Positions 52,480 through 64,000 of a stretch of DNA of 64,000 nt are shown here, in pieces. Under the pieces are notes generated by a model. It was not told where the DNA came from and did no database searches. It was given only the letters and a program-made list of their open reading frames with translations. The stretch spans positions 56,792,001 through 56,856,000 of the forward strand of contig NC_042997.1 of assembly GCF_006345805.1 (NCBI RefSeq), given 5' to 3'. Each line of letters starts with the position of its first letter. Positions within the stretch are counted from its first letter, which is position 1. Origin of the DNA: Octopus sinensis (taxonomy: Eukaryota). The translations under genes were made by a program, and so were the position numbers.

Positions 52480-53318
52480 AGTACATGGTTGTGTGTGCAG
52501 TAGAACTAGCAGTGACCTACATGAGGCAGTGTTCTGAGTGACATTTCAGTGTTTACTTTGCAAGGTGTGAAATTTGTGTTTTTGTGATCATGTATATATT
52601 GTAGTCTGTGATTTTTTCATGGACAGGAACAAAGAGTCAACATGAAGTTTTGAGTTAAATTTGGGAAGTCTGCTACACAGACATTGAGCATGGTGATGAG
52701 GCAATGTTTCAAGTGGCACAGGCACTTCAAAAGTTGAAGAATGTCCCTGGCAGATAATGAATGATCTGGAAGACCTGCCACAAGTGTCACCCCCAGAAAT
52801 GTGGTATTATGCATTGAAAATTCATCCCTCAGGGCCAAACCATCAATCAAGAATTCTGCTGCAACGTTTTGAAGCATTTGAGGGAGGACATTTGGCAAAA
52901 GCAACCAAATTTGTGGAGCGCAAAGAATTAGATTCTTCATGACGACAATGCACCTTATCACCAAGCTCTCCTCACTTGTGAGTTTCTTGCCAAAAACAAC
53001 ATGGTATCACTTCTGCACCCACCCTATTTGCCAGATTTAGCACCTGTGGACTTCCATCTCTTCCCCGAAATGAAAATGCAGCTCAAATGTCACCATTTTA
53101 ACACTGTTGTCAAGATCCAGAGTGAATAGCAGAAAGTCCTCAACACATTTACGGAAAATGACTTTCAAGTAGGATTCCAAAAGTGGCAGGAATACTCGAA
53201 CCAGTGTATTGCTGTGCCATGTGTCTATTTTGAAGGAGATGATGTTAAAACTTAGGTAAATAAGTTATTTTTTATTAAACATAACTAGTTCAGGGATCTT
53301 TTGATACCACCTTGTACT
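52480..53318 (+). mobile_element. Mariner (DD34D) element, internally deleted
   Basis: QRVNMKF..KFGKSATQT; ILHDDNAPYH...HPPYLPDLAPVDFHLFP, with 34 residues between the Asp of DNA and the Asp of VDF. Confidence 0.88.
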
Positions 53319-53319
53319 A

Positions 53320-53660
53320 GGATATAAGCTAAAATTTGGTCTACCCTAGCTGGATCAACTGGTGAAGAGGTCTAAGGTCTTGAGCTCTAATGGCCTTGTC
53401 TACTGCATCATTCTACCACTGCGTTACCCTAGATTTGGTTGGGAATTTGCACCATCCACACAGATTTGGTCTGTGGCACTCAGCAAGCTGTCCCACAGGA
53501 ATTCCTAGTTGCCCTTTATGTCACAACTTTGTAGCTCCTCCCCACTCTCATTAAATTTCTCAATTAGGATGTCCCTAAATCTCTGAGCTCATGAAGGGTC
53601 CTTAAGCTTCCAAATCCTTCTTTTCCAGATTGGTCTGTTTCTTGGCATCTTTCAGGCCTG
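53320..53660 (-). mobile_element. RTE LINE fragment (post-endonuclease region)
   Basis: RPIWKRRIWKLKDPS*AQRFRDILIEKF...PRVTQW*NDAVDKAIR. Confidence 0.7.
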
Positions 53661-53756
53661 GAGTCTAAAATCACTAATAACTAGTTTATGGGCTATATAT
53701 ATATATATAATAAAAACACACACACACACACATATTTGTATATTTATCTATCTATC

Positions 53757-53809
<53 letters not shown>

Positions 53810-53916
53810 GACTGAAAGTGTTATAAACACCTACATTGCTAGAAATAAGAGCTAAACACTCTAATGCTGGTGCCCTACATGTTGATCTAGCAAGATTCGT
53901 TAGAATCCTGCAATTG

Positions 53917-53957
<41 letters not shown>

Positions 53958-54787
53958 ATAACAGTGCCCATGTGGCACCATATAAAAACACCCAGCACAC
54001 TCTATAAAGTAGTTGGTGTTAGGAAGAGCATCCAGCTGTAGAAACCATGCCAAATTAAATTGGAATCTGGTGCAGCTCCCCAGCTTGCCAACTGTGGTCA
54101 AACAGTCCAACCTATGCCAGCATGGCCAATGGATGATGATGATGATAATATATATACTTTTATTAAAGCTACAAAACGTGTTACTCAGAGTTTCATGTTC
54201 TCGTTAGTGAAACAGTTGTAATGAATACTGAATTAAAATTGTGATATGATACAATATAATATAATTGAATGAATAAGCATTTAAATTTGACTGGGCAAGC
54301 TGATTTTCAAAATATAATGGCGTAGTTTTCATTACAAGTTGGGTGGTTGGGGTATATGAAAATTAACAGTAATATAGATAGATAGATGTATATATATATA
54401 CACACACACACACACATCTATCTATCATGGCTGTGTGATAAGAAGCTTGCTTCCCAACCACATGGTACCTTGGGGAAATGTCTTCTACTATAACCTGGGG
54501 CCAACCAAAGCCTTGTGAGACTGAAGCCCATCATATATATATATATAATTATATGTAACATATGGTATAATTGTAAACAGGGCAAATTTTAGCCATTTCT
54601 CTGCAGAGTGAAAAAAAATGATGAACAACCTTAATTGATTTTCAAACCTCTTTGGGTTCTCATTAGAGATGTCCTCATAATTCTGACAGCCCCCAGAGAA
54701 ACAAGCAGCCAAACTGTTTATATACTCAACAAATGCAGCAGTTACTCTATGAAGGAGTCCCTAATTTGCATGCCAAAAGTGTTTAAT

Positions 54788-55900
54788 CAGGGTGCACAAG
54801 ATATTTGAGGACAGATTTATGTTTATAAAAAAAACCCAGATATATGATAACAGATAATAACTTTATTTATCAAAAAATGATATGAGGATAAAAATAAACC
54901 TTCTGTTCTATAATGTTATACAATAAAGCCACCTTCAGCATCAACAGCTGCTTCTATATGAGATCTAAATCATCTTCATACTTGAATCAAGCGGTCCTGG
55001 TTCATTTTGGACATTACTCTGACTATGGCAGCTTCCATAGAATCTTTGGTGTTATGGGTATGTTCATTGACCTCTCTCTCAACAACGCTCCACATGTAAT
55101 AGTCCAATGGATTGAGATCTGGGAAATTACAAGGCCAAATGTTAAGGGTTATGTTATCAGGAAAATTTTCAGCCATTCATTCCTGTGTGATATTGCAAAG
55201 TCTTACTGAAACACATATGGCCTTCCATTGTATACGCTGTCTATCCAGGACTTAATTATTTCCAGGACCTCAATGTAGGTGGCAGAGTTAACTCTAAGGG
55301 TTTGTGGAAAGAAGTAAGGAGGCATCACATGTCCTTCATTGCTGACAACCCCTAAAACTCTGACAGTTGCAGGAAATTTTGTATGCATAACACTTGGAAC
55401 TTTAGAAGGGTCTGCACTTAACCATGTGTCATTTCTTCTGTTTTTCTTGTTTGAGAAAAACCAAATCAAATCTTCTTCTGCTTGATTTATCAGTTTGTTT
55501 GGGAACCTTTTAGATCTGATGTAGTGATTTTCTTTTGCTTTTTCTGACAAATTGACCTTTCCTCATCATATAAGACATACATCTGATGTCTTCGTGGACA
55601 ACATTTCTGACTGTTCCTTCTGACACATGGAAATCTTTTGCAATTGACCTCATGGACTTTCTGGGATCGTAATCAATGGTCTGTTGAACTTGCTGGATAA
55701 ATTCAGGTGTTCTGATGATTTCAGAGTGTTTAGAATGCTTTTTTTGCTTTGATACCAGTGATACATTTCCATCTTCAGTTTCTAGCCCCTTCAAACTTTG
55801 TTGACAAAAGATTTGACAACTTTTAAAAATCGAGATATTTCTAAATTGCTATGCTCAACCTTTATAACCACAATAACAGCATGCCTCTTAATTTCCTGAG
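54788..55900 (-). mobile_element. DD37D-like (maT-type) transposon, frameshifted, divergent from the 8 kb and 29 kb copies
   Basis: ORFs 55510-55794 (HTH-like), 55203-55550 (WFFSNKKN...GRPYVFQ) and 54976-55176 (WPCNFPDLNPLDYYMWS). Ends are approximate. Confidence 0.85.
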
Positions 55901-56880
55901 TAAGCTGAGGATCTGCCATTATGACTGAAACAAGTAAAAGAATAAAAGAATATATATATATATCACTTATGATTAGCAGAATTTTTAAAGTGGCTTCGAG
56001 GACCTGGGAATTCTATACATAGCATTTATACTCCAAACTCTTGAGTCACTTCATAATTTGTACTTATTAAACAATTTAGAATACTTGGTGCAATAAGAGT
56101 TCCACTCTGCTTTATTCCTGTCAAGACCTTTGTCAGCTGCTCTTCAGTTATCTATTTAAGGCTGTATCTGGCTATGGTGCAGCCACACCTGGAACCTCTA
56201 TCTTGCTCAGGATATTGACCTCCTGGAAACTGTTCAGAGACGTACAACCAAGTGAATACTCTCCATCAGGCATCTACTATACTCTGAATGCCTTCCTTCC
56301 CTGGGCATAGATACATTGAAGCTCTAATCTCTGGCAATTGACTTGGTAAACACCCACAAAGTTATTAACTATTGTGCCAAAAACCACCTTGAGCACCTTT
56401 TTGAGCTCTGTGTCTAACACATGTGGGCATGCCTACAAAGTCAGAAAACAGCACAGCTCCCATGACTTTCAGAAACATTTTTTCACACTCAGAGGAACAA
56501 ACTGCCTGAATTAGTTGTTAGTTGCCAAGATATTGCATCCTTTAAAACCTCCATGCTTCCTGAAATTCACCAACACTACACCCCATATCCCCCCTCCATA
56601 TGCATGCACACATGTATATCATGACTCGTACACTGTTCGCTTTCCTGACTTTTGTACATAATTTTATGTACTATACATGCACCTTTGATGAGTTGTAGCT
56701 CACCTGAGCACTATACACAATAATTTCATTATTATTATTATTATCATACTCATGAATGAAATATGAAATAAGGAAAGTTTCTAACAATGCAGAAAGTTTA
56801 AAAAACAAACTTTACATTTCGGGTGCAAAGGCCTATTTTCAGAAGAATTTGTTCTATCAAATCTGTCTATCGATCTATGT

Positions 56881-56935
<55 letters not shown>

Positions 56936-56996
56936 ATATATATATATGAAAAAAACAAGTCAAGATAGAAAATGCTAAAATAATTTTATAAAGAAC

Positions 56997-57040
56997 ATTT
57001 CAGTACCGGTTTCGGACATTTGAGACCTTTTCAACTGTAA
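56997..57040 (-). ncRNA. Putative minimal hammerhead ribozyme, U3:A8 variant, in a probable PLE 3' remnant (about 57000-57290)
   Basis: Minus strand CAG-UUGAAAA-GG-UCUCAAAUGU-CC-GAA-ACCGGU-A-CUG. Confidence 0.55.
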
Positions 57041-57316
57041 CAATTAAATAATTGAATTTAGAAAAAATAAAAGAAAAGTTTTTTTAAAAGAATATTTGTA
57101 TAGTGTTCAAATATAAGTGGCATTTCCATTGTTTCTGCCTTTCTCTGTCTCTCTTGTTTACTCTTGTGGGTTCAAGGTCCATGTGAATTCTTGGTAGGGA
57201 AGAAGAAGGAGGAGGAGGAGGGGGAGAAGGGGAGGAAGAATTTGGGATTGCCTTGATTGTCGTTGATCAGTGGTGGCTAGCAAATATTATTTGTATAATT
57301 TTCATTTTATTATTAA

Positions 57317-58161
57317 CTAGCAGAATTGCCCGGCGTTGCTCGGGGCTGAATTACTTGAAAGTACTGTTAATGATTGCACTGAATGATGATGATTATTCAG
57401 GCAAATATTGATATAAGTTTACACTGGGAGATAAGGACTTAACGATCAAACGTGTGCCATTGCATTGTTTTGGGGGAACCAAATTTCTGATGAGCATTAT
57501 AGGGGCACCAACTTTAAGTTTGAGAATGTGTGGTGGTAGTCCGGGGTGCTCAAAGGAATTGAGTACCTCTATTGGATAGTTGATGACGTCCTCTGGGTCA
57601 GGAGTTGTATCGATAGACTGATATACATAGACTTCCCCAGGAATGAGTTTTAGCATTTCATCATTAATATGGTGAACAGTTTTATTCCTTGGGGCCAGTA
57701 TAGCCTTTTTGCCAATCCAATCCATATTCTGATAATTAGCTTGTAGATCTTGGAACACTGCATCTCTGAGATCAGAAGGCGTCTTAACAATGGTACAAAT
57801 GGAATCGATGGCAATATTACCATTTTCATCCCCTGGTATTTTGCCTTCGCCAAGTGCAATGAGGGTGTGAGGAAATGCTGCTGATGTGATATTACGTCGC
57901 ATATGAGCACGCATATTGGTGTGAAGTTTGAGAGTTACTTCCCTTAATTTTAAAAAATGCATTAAAATGGGAAAAAATGATGGTAAATTATTTGTAAAAT
58001 CGTAGACTCATCGTAGACGCGCGCTAATACCCAGAAGGGCTCGATATGAATCACGACTATAAGATACTCGGTTTTGGTTAAACTGCATCGCAAAATGTGG
58101 GAGTAGTTAGGAATCTAAATCGGAGTAGACAGACACACAACCTTTCTTTTATATATAAAGA
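57317..58161 (-). mobile_element. Non-autonomous Helitron carrying a PIF1-type helicase fragment
   Basis: A/TC 5' end at 58161; 3' GC-rich hairpin CCCCGAGCAACGCCGGG then CTAG/T at 57317. ORF 57393-57962 (LHTNMR...AILAPRNKTV..IN...LPPHILKLKVGAPIMLIRNL...CNGTRLIV). Confidence 0.93.
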
Positions 58162-58652
58162 TTTTCGTCCTAAAAAACTTTGTATGGAGTGAATGGTTAC
58201 CTCTATGGAAATATATACACACACATTATACATACATGTGTGTATAGATGAATATATAAATACATTTAAATATCTATATACACTTTTGGGCGATCTTTCT
58301 GTTTCTTAGAGATAACTTTAGATCTTATATTCGTCCTAAATAACTTTGTATGGAGTGAATGGTTACCTCTATGGAAATATATACACACACATTATACATA
58401 CATGTGTGTGTCTATATACACTTTTTGGCGACTGCTACTTAGAGATAACTTTAGATGTTATTTTCGTCCTAAAAAACTTTGTGCGGAGTGAATGGTTACC
58501 TCTATGGAAATATATACACACACATTATACATACATGTGTGCATAGATGAATATATAAATACATTTAAATATCTATATACACTTTTGGGCGATCTTTCTG
58601 CTTCTTAGAGATAACTTTAGATGTTATATTCGTCCTAAATAACTTTGTATGA
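58162..58652. repeat. Minisatellite with long/short/long units (about 168, 132 and 168 bp, plus a partial unit)
   Basis: TTCGTCCTAAA.AACTTTGTATGGAGTGAATGGTTACCTCTATGGAAATAT recurs near 58164, 58330, 58463 and 58630. Confidence 0.92.
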
Positions 58653-58906
58653 ATTGAAAAAGAAAATGAATTGAAATTCTAAAAGAAAGGAATTTGTTTA
58701 CATACATGTGTAAAATGGCAAATGTTTGTGCAGTTGTCTGATGGAACTGATGTATTAAAATGAATAGTCCTTCTTCTTGTGAATATTAATTTGATTAATA
58801 TGAACTGAAAACCAGTGGTGTAGCATAGGTGATCTTCTAGCAAAAAGGATGACCAGTCTGAATGGGTCATCCCTGTCACACACACACACACACGCACCCT
58901 CACACA

Positions 58907-58994
<88 letters not shown>

Positions 58995-59039
58995 AGCTTA
59001 CAATGTCTGTCAACAATTGACACTGTCGTATATATTAGC

Positions 59040-59609
59040 GTGTCTATGTGTCTAAAGAGGAAGTGGGAGTAATAGGCAGAGTAAAGGCTTCAAAGTGAAA
59101 TGCTAAAATATTGAGTTTTCTCGAATTTTGTCTTAAATGGGGGTGAAATTGAAAGAAATTTTGTATGGCATGACCCAATGGAAGTTCTTTGAAAAATCAT
59201 AGGTAAAGTCTAATTGAAGAAATTGTGTGAGGAGTAAATCGTTATGTATTTATTTGTTTCTGTTTGCTGCTCTTTTTTTTTGAGTAGTGTTGTAAGGTAG
59301 ACTTGCAAAGAGAAAGTGGGAGAAATGAGAGTGATAGCGTGAGTGAATCAGATCGCTCCCTTTTTGTGTGTGTGTGTGTGCGAATGCTGTAACCCACACT
59401 AAGAAATGCATTTGACTCATACACCACAATGTGAGTTTTCTCTAAATTTTGCTTAATTGGGGTTGAAATTTTAAAAACTGGACCTGGCACGACCCGATGC
59501 ATTCTACTCTTAAAAATGCTAGGTAAATTGTAATTGAAGAAATCCTATATTGTAGATTTCTATAAGATACAAAGGGAGGCAGATAAAATCTGCCTTTTAT
59601 AATAAGAGA
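59040..59609 (-). mobile_element. Probable non-autonomous Helitron 5' portion with an internal diverged duplication
   Basis: A/TCTCTTATTATAAAAGGCAG start at 59609. About 59110-59230 resembles 59430-59550. No 3' CTAG hairpin was found. Confidence 0.45.
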
Positions 59610-59912
59610 TTTGCATATTAATGTATATTGTTTTGTTCGATTTTCATGTTCCTATTTGTATAATTAATAAATAATATGAAATTGTAATATCTGTATGTTG
59701 ATGATCGAAATGAATTTCTTCCTCCATTTTCTTATTTGTATTATGAATTTACGGTAAAATATTTTTTACCTTCACCCATTCAATACAATAAATGAATTAA
59801 TTGCATTGCAATTATAAGCATTTATGTATTTAGTATTTGGGTACTTTACCAGCAGTATATTGGATAACCGATATCCCATAGTGGGTTACCTTCATAACCC
59901 CTATCTTACTTT

Positions 59913-59949
<37 letters not shown>

Positions 59950-59959
59950 TCACACACAT

Positions 59960-60800
59960 TCTGTGTGATCATAAAGTGACTAATGGTTTTGCATCTACAA
60001 GGGCTATAGCCTCATGGACGTCTTGCCAGATTCTAAAGCTGTATGCATATATATTACTTATAATTCTCCTATGGCTGATTTCCTCAGGGTGGTAGGGTTT
60101 CACATCACCACCCCTGTATGTGCCTTTGTCCTGCTGGCTGTTGATCCATTTGGTGTATGAGGCAGTTTCACTCCACTGCCCTTGTCTGTACCACATGCTG
60201 GGCTGTCCGTTCATCCCATATTGTGAAGAGGAGAATGTCAAATTCCTTTTTGAAGAGATCCATGTCCACATTGTGTTGATTTCTTAACTTTTGTGGCAGG
60301 GCATTGAAAAGCTGTGGGCCTTTGAACCCTAAACTATTGCAGCACCTGGTCCTGAACTTAGATTGAGTGGTACCTTTGGTACAATACAACGGTGTCCAAG
60401 TCTGGCATTTGTATAATACTCAGTGTTGAAATAAAGAACTAGCCCTTCCAGAATTTTTCATATGAGAATTATTACACATCCACTGTGCCTTAGTGCCTTT
60501 GCTCCAGGGAATAAAATCATAGATTTTTCAACCTCTCCCTGCTGTACTGTTACAGTATTTTTTAGTGCAGTGATGTAGGACTGCTCTGCTGTTAGTTTGG
60601 CACTATGTGGTGACCATAGCTGAGAGCAGTAGTCCAGGCAGCTGAGAACAAAGGTCCTCCACAGGGTCAACACAACTTATTGGTCTCTTGTCTTGAAGGA
60701 CCTTAGTATCCGTCCTGCCATCTGTCTGCACTTTGCTGCTATCTTGGTAATGTGTATACGAAATGATGCCTCATTGCACACAAACTGATCCCCGAGTCTC
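59960..60800 (-). mobile_element. CR1-clade LINE 3' fragment (same family at 62290-62590 +)
   Basis: LTLWRTFVLSCLDYCSQLWSP; GPQLFNALPQKLRN. The second copy reads WILRTFRTRD...RLDYCSQLWS. Confidence 0.85.
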
Positions 60801-61322
60801 TTACTGCCTGGGACTCTGGTATTGCATTATTTATGAGATGACCCAATATATATATGTAGTTAAACCAAACATGAACAAAGAGAAAACACAACAACGTGAA
60901 GATGTGGAACAAGTGTAGTGTTATTGGACGCTCAGGAAAGGAAAGAAAGAAGGAGGATTTAATGTTTCGAGTGGAGCTCTTCGTCAGAAACATAGAAAAA
61001 GGAAAGGTCCAAGGAAGGGAAGATGGAGAAAGAAAATCGCAAACGATACATACGCAGTCACATATTGAAATATATATATATATATATATTAATAATAAAT
61101 ATTAGGGAATAAATCCAAACTTACAGGGAAAAATCAGATTTAGGATTGAATCCAATTTTATAGTAAAATATTATATTATATTAAATTAGAGACAAAACCA
61201 CTATTATGCAAATCAAACAAAGAAAAACTTAATCCAATACATAAATTAATTTATATATTGGATTAAGTCTTTCTTTGTTTGATTTGCATAATAGTGGTTT
61301 TGTCTCTAATTTAATATAATAT

Positions 61323-61356
<34 letters not shown>

Positions 61357-61357
<1 letters not shown>

Positions 61358-61721
61358 CTATATAAACGGCAGTTTGTCTGTGCGTTTTTCTGTGTGTCTG
61401 TTTGCTTGTACCCTCACCCTGACCACGGCTTTCAACCGATTCTGATGAAACTTGACACACACATAGCCCAATGTCATAATTCAAAACTAACGCAGCGAAA
61501 ATTTTGAAAAGTTCCCCCAGTTCTGAAAAAAATCGATAAATTCGACATGGGGTCGAGAATCAGAAACACAAACCGCAAACTGTCTAGGGGACGCAACTCC
61601 ACCTTTTTTTACTCAAAAAAAATTTACCATAATTTTTTTCCATTTTTTGGCTATAACTCTCTAAAAATGCTTTATAGTTATTTCCCTTACAAACCTGAGC
61701 AACGCCGGGCGATACTGCTAG
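61357..61721 (+). mobile_element. Non-autonomous Helitron, copy 1 (365 bp)
   Basis: A/TCTATATAAACGGCAG...CCTGAGCAACGCCGGGCGATACTGCTAG/T, embedded in (TA)n. Confidence 0.9.
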
Positions 61722-61730
61722 TATATATAT

Positions 61731-61762
<32 letters not shown>

Positions 61763-61763
<1 letters not shown>

Positions 61764-62120
61764 CTATATAAACGGCAGTTTGTCTGTGCGTTTTTCTGTG
61801 TGTCTGTTTGCTTGTACCCTCACCCTGACCATGGCTTTCAACCGATTCTGATGAAACTTGACACACACATAGCCCAATGTCATAATTCAAAACTAACGCA
61901 GCGAAAATTTTGAAAAGTTCCCCCAGTTCTGAAAAAAATCGATAAATTCGACATGGGGTCGAGAATCAGAAACACAAACCGCAAACTGTCTAGGGGACGC
62001 AACTCCACCTTTTTTTACTCAAAAAAAATTTACCATAATTTTTTTCCATTTTTTGGCTCTCTAAAAATGCTTTATAGTTATTTCCCTTACAAACCTGAGC
62101 AACGCCGGGCGATACTGCTA

Positions 62121-62121
<1 letters not shown>
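61763..62121 (+). mobile_element. Non-autonomous Helitron, copy 2 (359 bp)
   Basis: Matches copy 1 except for a 6-bp deletion and one substitution seen. Confidence 0.9.
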
Positions 62122-62153
<32 letters not shown>

Positions 62154-62729
62154 CATTAAGTAAAAAAAAATGGAGAAATTTAATGGATAAAATTAATTTA
62201 TTAATTATTTAACATTGCCTATAATTGTTCCCATTCACACTCAATACAAATTACAAAACATATAATAAAATAAGTTTGCATTTTGAGACACTTCACATAC
62301 ATATCACCAAGATGGTGGCAATGTGCCAGCAAATCACTTAATGGATTCTGAGAACCTTCAGAACAAGAGACCAGGAAACTATACTGGTTCTTCAGAGGAC
62401 ATTTATCCTTAGCCGTCTGGACTACTGCTCTCAACTGTGGTCATGCCATAGGATCAAATTAATAGTGGAACTTGGGGCAGTTCAATGGCGCTACACCAAG
62501 GAAGATTGCATCAGTGGAACTGATGAGCTACTGGGAGAGACAGCAAGAGCTACAACTCTACTCCCTGGAGCGAAGATGGAGGTGTTGTTGTTATATATAT
62601 ATAATGTATTGAGTATTAAAGGAAGTAGTGAGTACTTAGTATGAAAGATTAAGAAAATGAGAGAGACTGAAAAAACGTGTTAATGATACGAGATACTTTA
62701 TTAGACTGCCGTTGTTGTACAAGGTATTA

Positions 62730-64000
62730 TCATCTGTATCTACAGGGAATAATTATTCGTCGTCCACTTTTTGTGGTTTTATTATTTTGTAGTGTTGAAT
62801 TCTGTAGTTGTGCTGTTTTTGTTTTTTCATGCGTGTTTGTTGACTTTGGAAATATATTTTCATAATCTAATTCTTCTGTTATGCGAACGTGTTCGTTTGT
62901 TTTAAGAATATGTTGTCTATTTCGTTTGACTGTATTACCTTCCTCTAGTTTTTTAATTATTTTGCCCCTTCTAAACCAATTGTTATTAAACTTAATTCTA
63001 ACCGTGTCGTGTGGTTTTAACTCTGGGAGTTCTGTTGTAATGTTTGATTTCTTTTTTTCCTGAGGCCTGATACCAATTTTGTCGTGTAGTAAGTTTGGGA
63101 GATTTGTTCGCAATGTTCTATTCATTATTTGATTTGCAGGGGATGGTGCACCATTTTGTAATTTAGTTGTGCGTAATGCTAAGAGCGCTAACTGAGGTTC
63201 TTCACCACTCTTGAATGCCTTTTTTAGCGTCTTTTTTATTGTCTGTATATTTCTCTCAACCATGCCATTTGCTTGATGATAATGCAGGCTTGTCTTCGTG
63301 TGATGAAAATGCCAATTTTTTGCAAATTTTTTTAATTCAGCCGAATTGAATTCTGGACCGTTGTCACTTACAACTGTTTGCGGAATTCCGAATTTAGCAA
63401 AAGTTTCTTTTAACTTTTTGATTACGGTTTTTGACTGGCAATCATTTATTTCGTGTAGATCAAAAAATCTTGTTGTATAGTCAATAATTGTGACATACGA
63501 ATTTCCAGACAGGTGAAATACGTCTGTACCCACTTTGGTCCATGGTGTAGTAGGTATTTCATGATTTATTAGTGGTTCGGCTGATTGTTGGTTTTTGTAG
63601 TCGATGCAGTATGAGCATGTGTTAATCATGTCTTTGATTTGAGTGTTAATGCCAGGCCAGTATATACATTCCTTCGCTCTCTCTATGCATTTTTCGATAC
63701 CCATGTGTCCGGTATGTATTTCCTGTAGAGCTTCTCTACGTAATGACTTAGGTACAATTATTCTTGAACCTTTTAGAACGAGACCATTGACGATTGATAT
63801 TTCATTACGAACGGAGACGAATGGTTTGATGTTTATTGGTATTTTGTCTTTTGGGGGCCATTCTGTTCTTGTATATGTGATGAGAGTCTGTAGTGACGGG
63901 TCGTCTGCAGTGACTTCTTTATACTCGTTTAATTTAGTGTCGGTTATGGGGTAATTTTTATTACTGCATGTATGTGCGATTTCATATCTTCGTCTGATAC
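62730..64000 (-). CDS. Ty3/Gypsy pol C-terminus (integrase: H2C2 zinc finger and DDE core); frame open to the right window edge
   Basis: HTGHMGIEKC...YWPGI...CSYC; VGTDVF; VVSDNGPEF; QANGMVERNIQTIK; KRNRQHI. Manual translation upstream of 63704 shows no stop up to 64000. Confidence 0.95.
   Translation of the reverse strand, partial: IRRRYEIAHTCSNKNYPITDTKLNEYKEVTADDPSLQTLITYTRTEWPPKDKIPINIKPFVSVRNEISIVNGLVLKGSRIIVPKSLRREALQEIHTGHMGIEKCIERAKECIYWPGINTQIKDMINTCSYCIDYKNQQSAEPLINHEIPTTPWTKVGTDVFHLSGNSYVTIIDYTTRFFDLHEINDCQSKTVIKKLKETFAKFGIPQTVVSDNGPEFNSAELKKFAKNWHFHHTKTSLHYHQANGMVERNIQTIKKTLKKAFKSGEEPQLALLALRTTKLQNGAPSPANQIMNRTLRTNLPNLLHDKIGIRPQEKKKSNITTELPELKPHDTVRIKFNNNWFRRGKIIKKLEEGNTVKRNRQHILKTNEHVRITEELDYENIFPKSTNTHEKTKTAQLQNSTLQNNKTTKSGRRIIIPCRYR

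Overview
This is AT-rich eukaryotic (animal) genomic DNA, packed with microsatellites ((TA)n, (CA)n, (TACA)n, (TAGA)n, (AAT)n) and mostly decayed transposable elements. The tRNA-headed SINEs, (GAT)n-tailed RTE LINEs and microsatellite load resemble a coleoid cephalopod (Octopus-like) genome; this is recognition, not a database result. Most of the supplied ORF track is microsatellite or antisense-TE noise. Supportable content: RTE/BovB, CR1-like and RLE-type (CRE-like and R4/NeSL-like) LINE fragments; at least six Penelope-like (PLE) fragments; Ty3/Gypsy pieces, including an integrase frame open to the right edge; DD37D (maT), DD34D (mariner) and Tc1 relics; three Helitrons with TC...CTAG ends; piggyBac-type MITEs; and two SINE families. 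No host gene could be identified beyond one well-signalled 108-nt candidate exon (9467-9574, minus strand). The most interesting layer is RNA structure that the ORF track does not show. A 441-bp tandem repeat (5598-6640) forms a complete hammerhead-ribozyme-like fold at each unit junction, which would release a 441-nt monomer in a retrozyme-like way. Two unrelated PLE 3' ends carry hammerhead cores with an apparent compensatory U3:A8 substitution. One PLE terminal repeat couples a tRNA-like Pol III head to a hammerhead. All folds were read by eye and none is proven to cleave.
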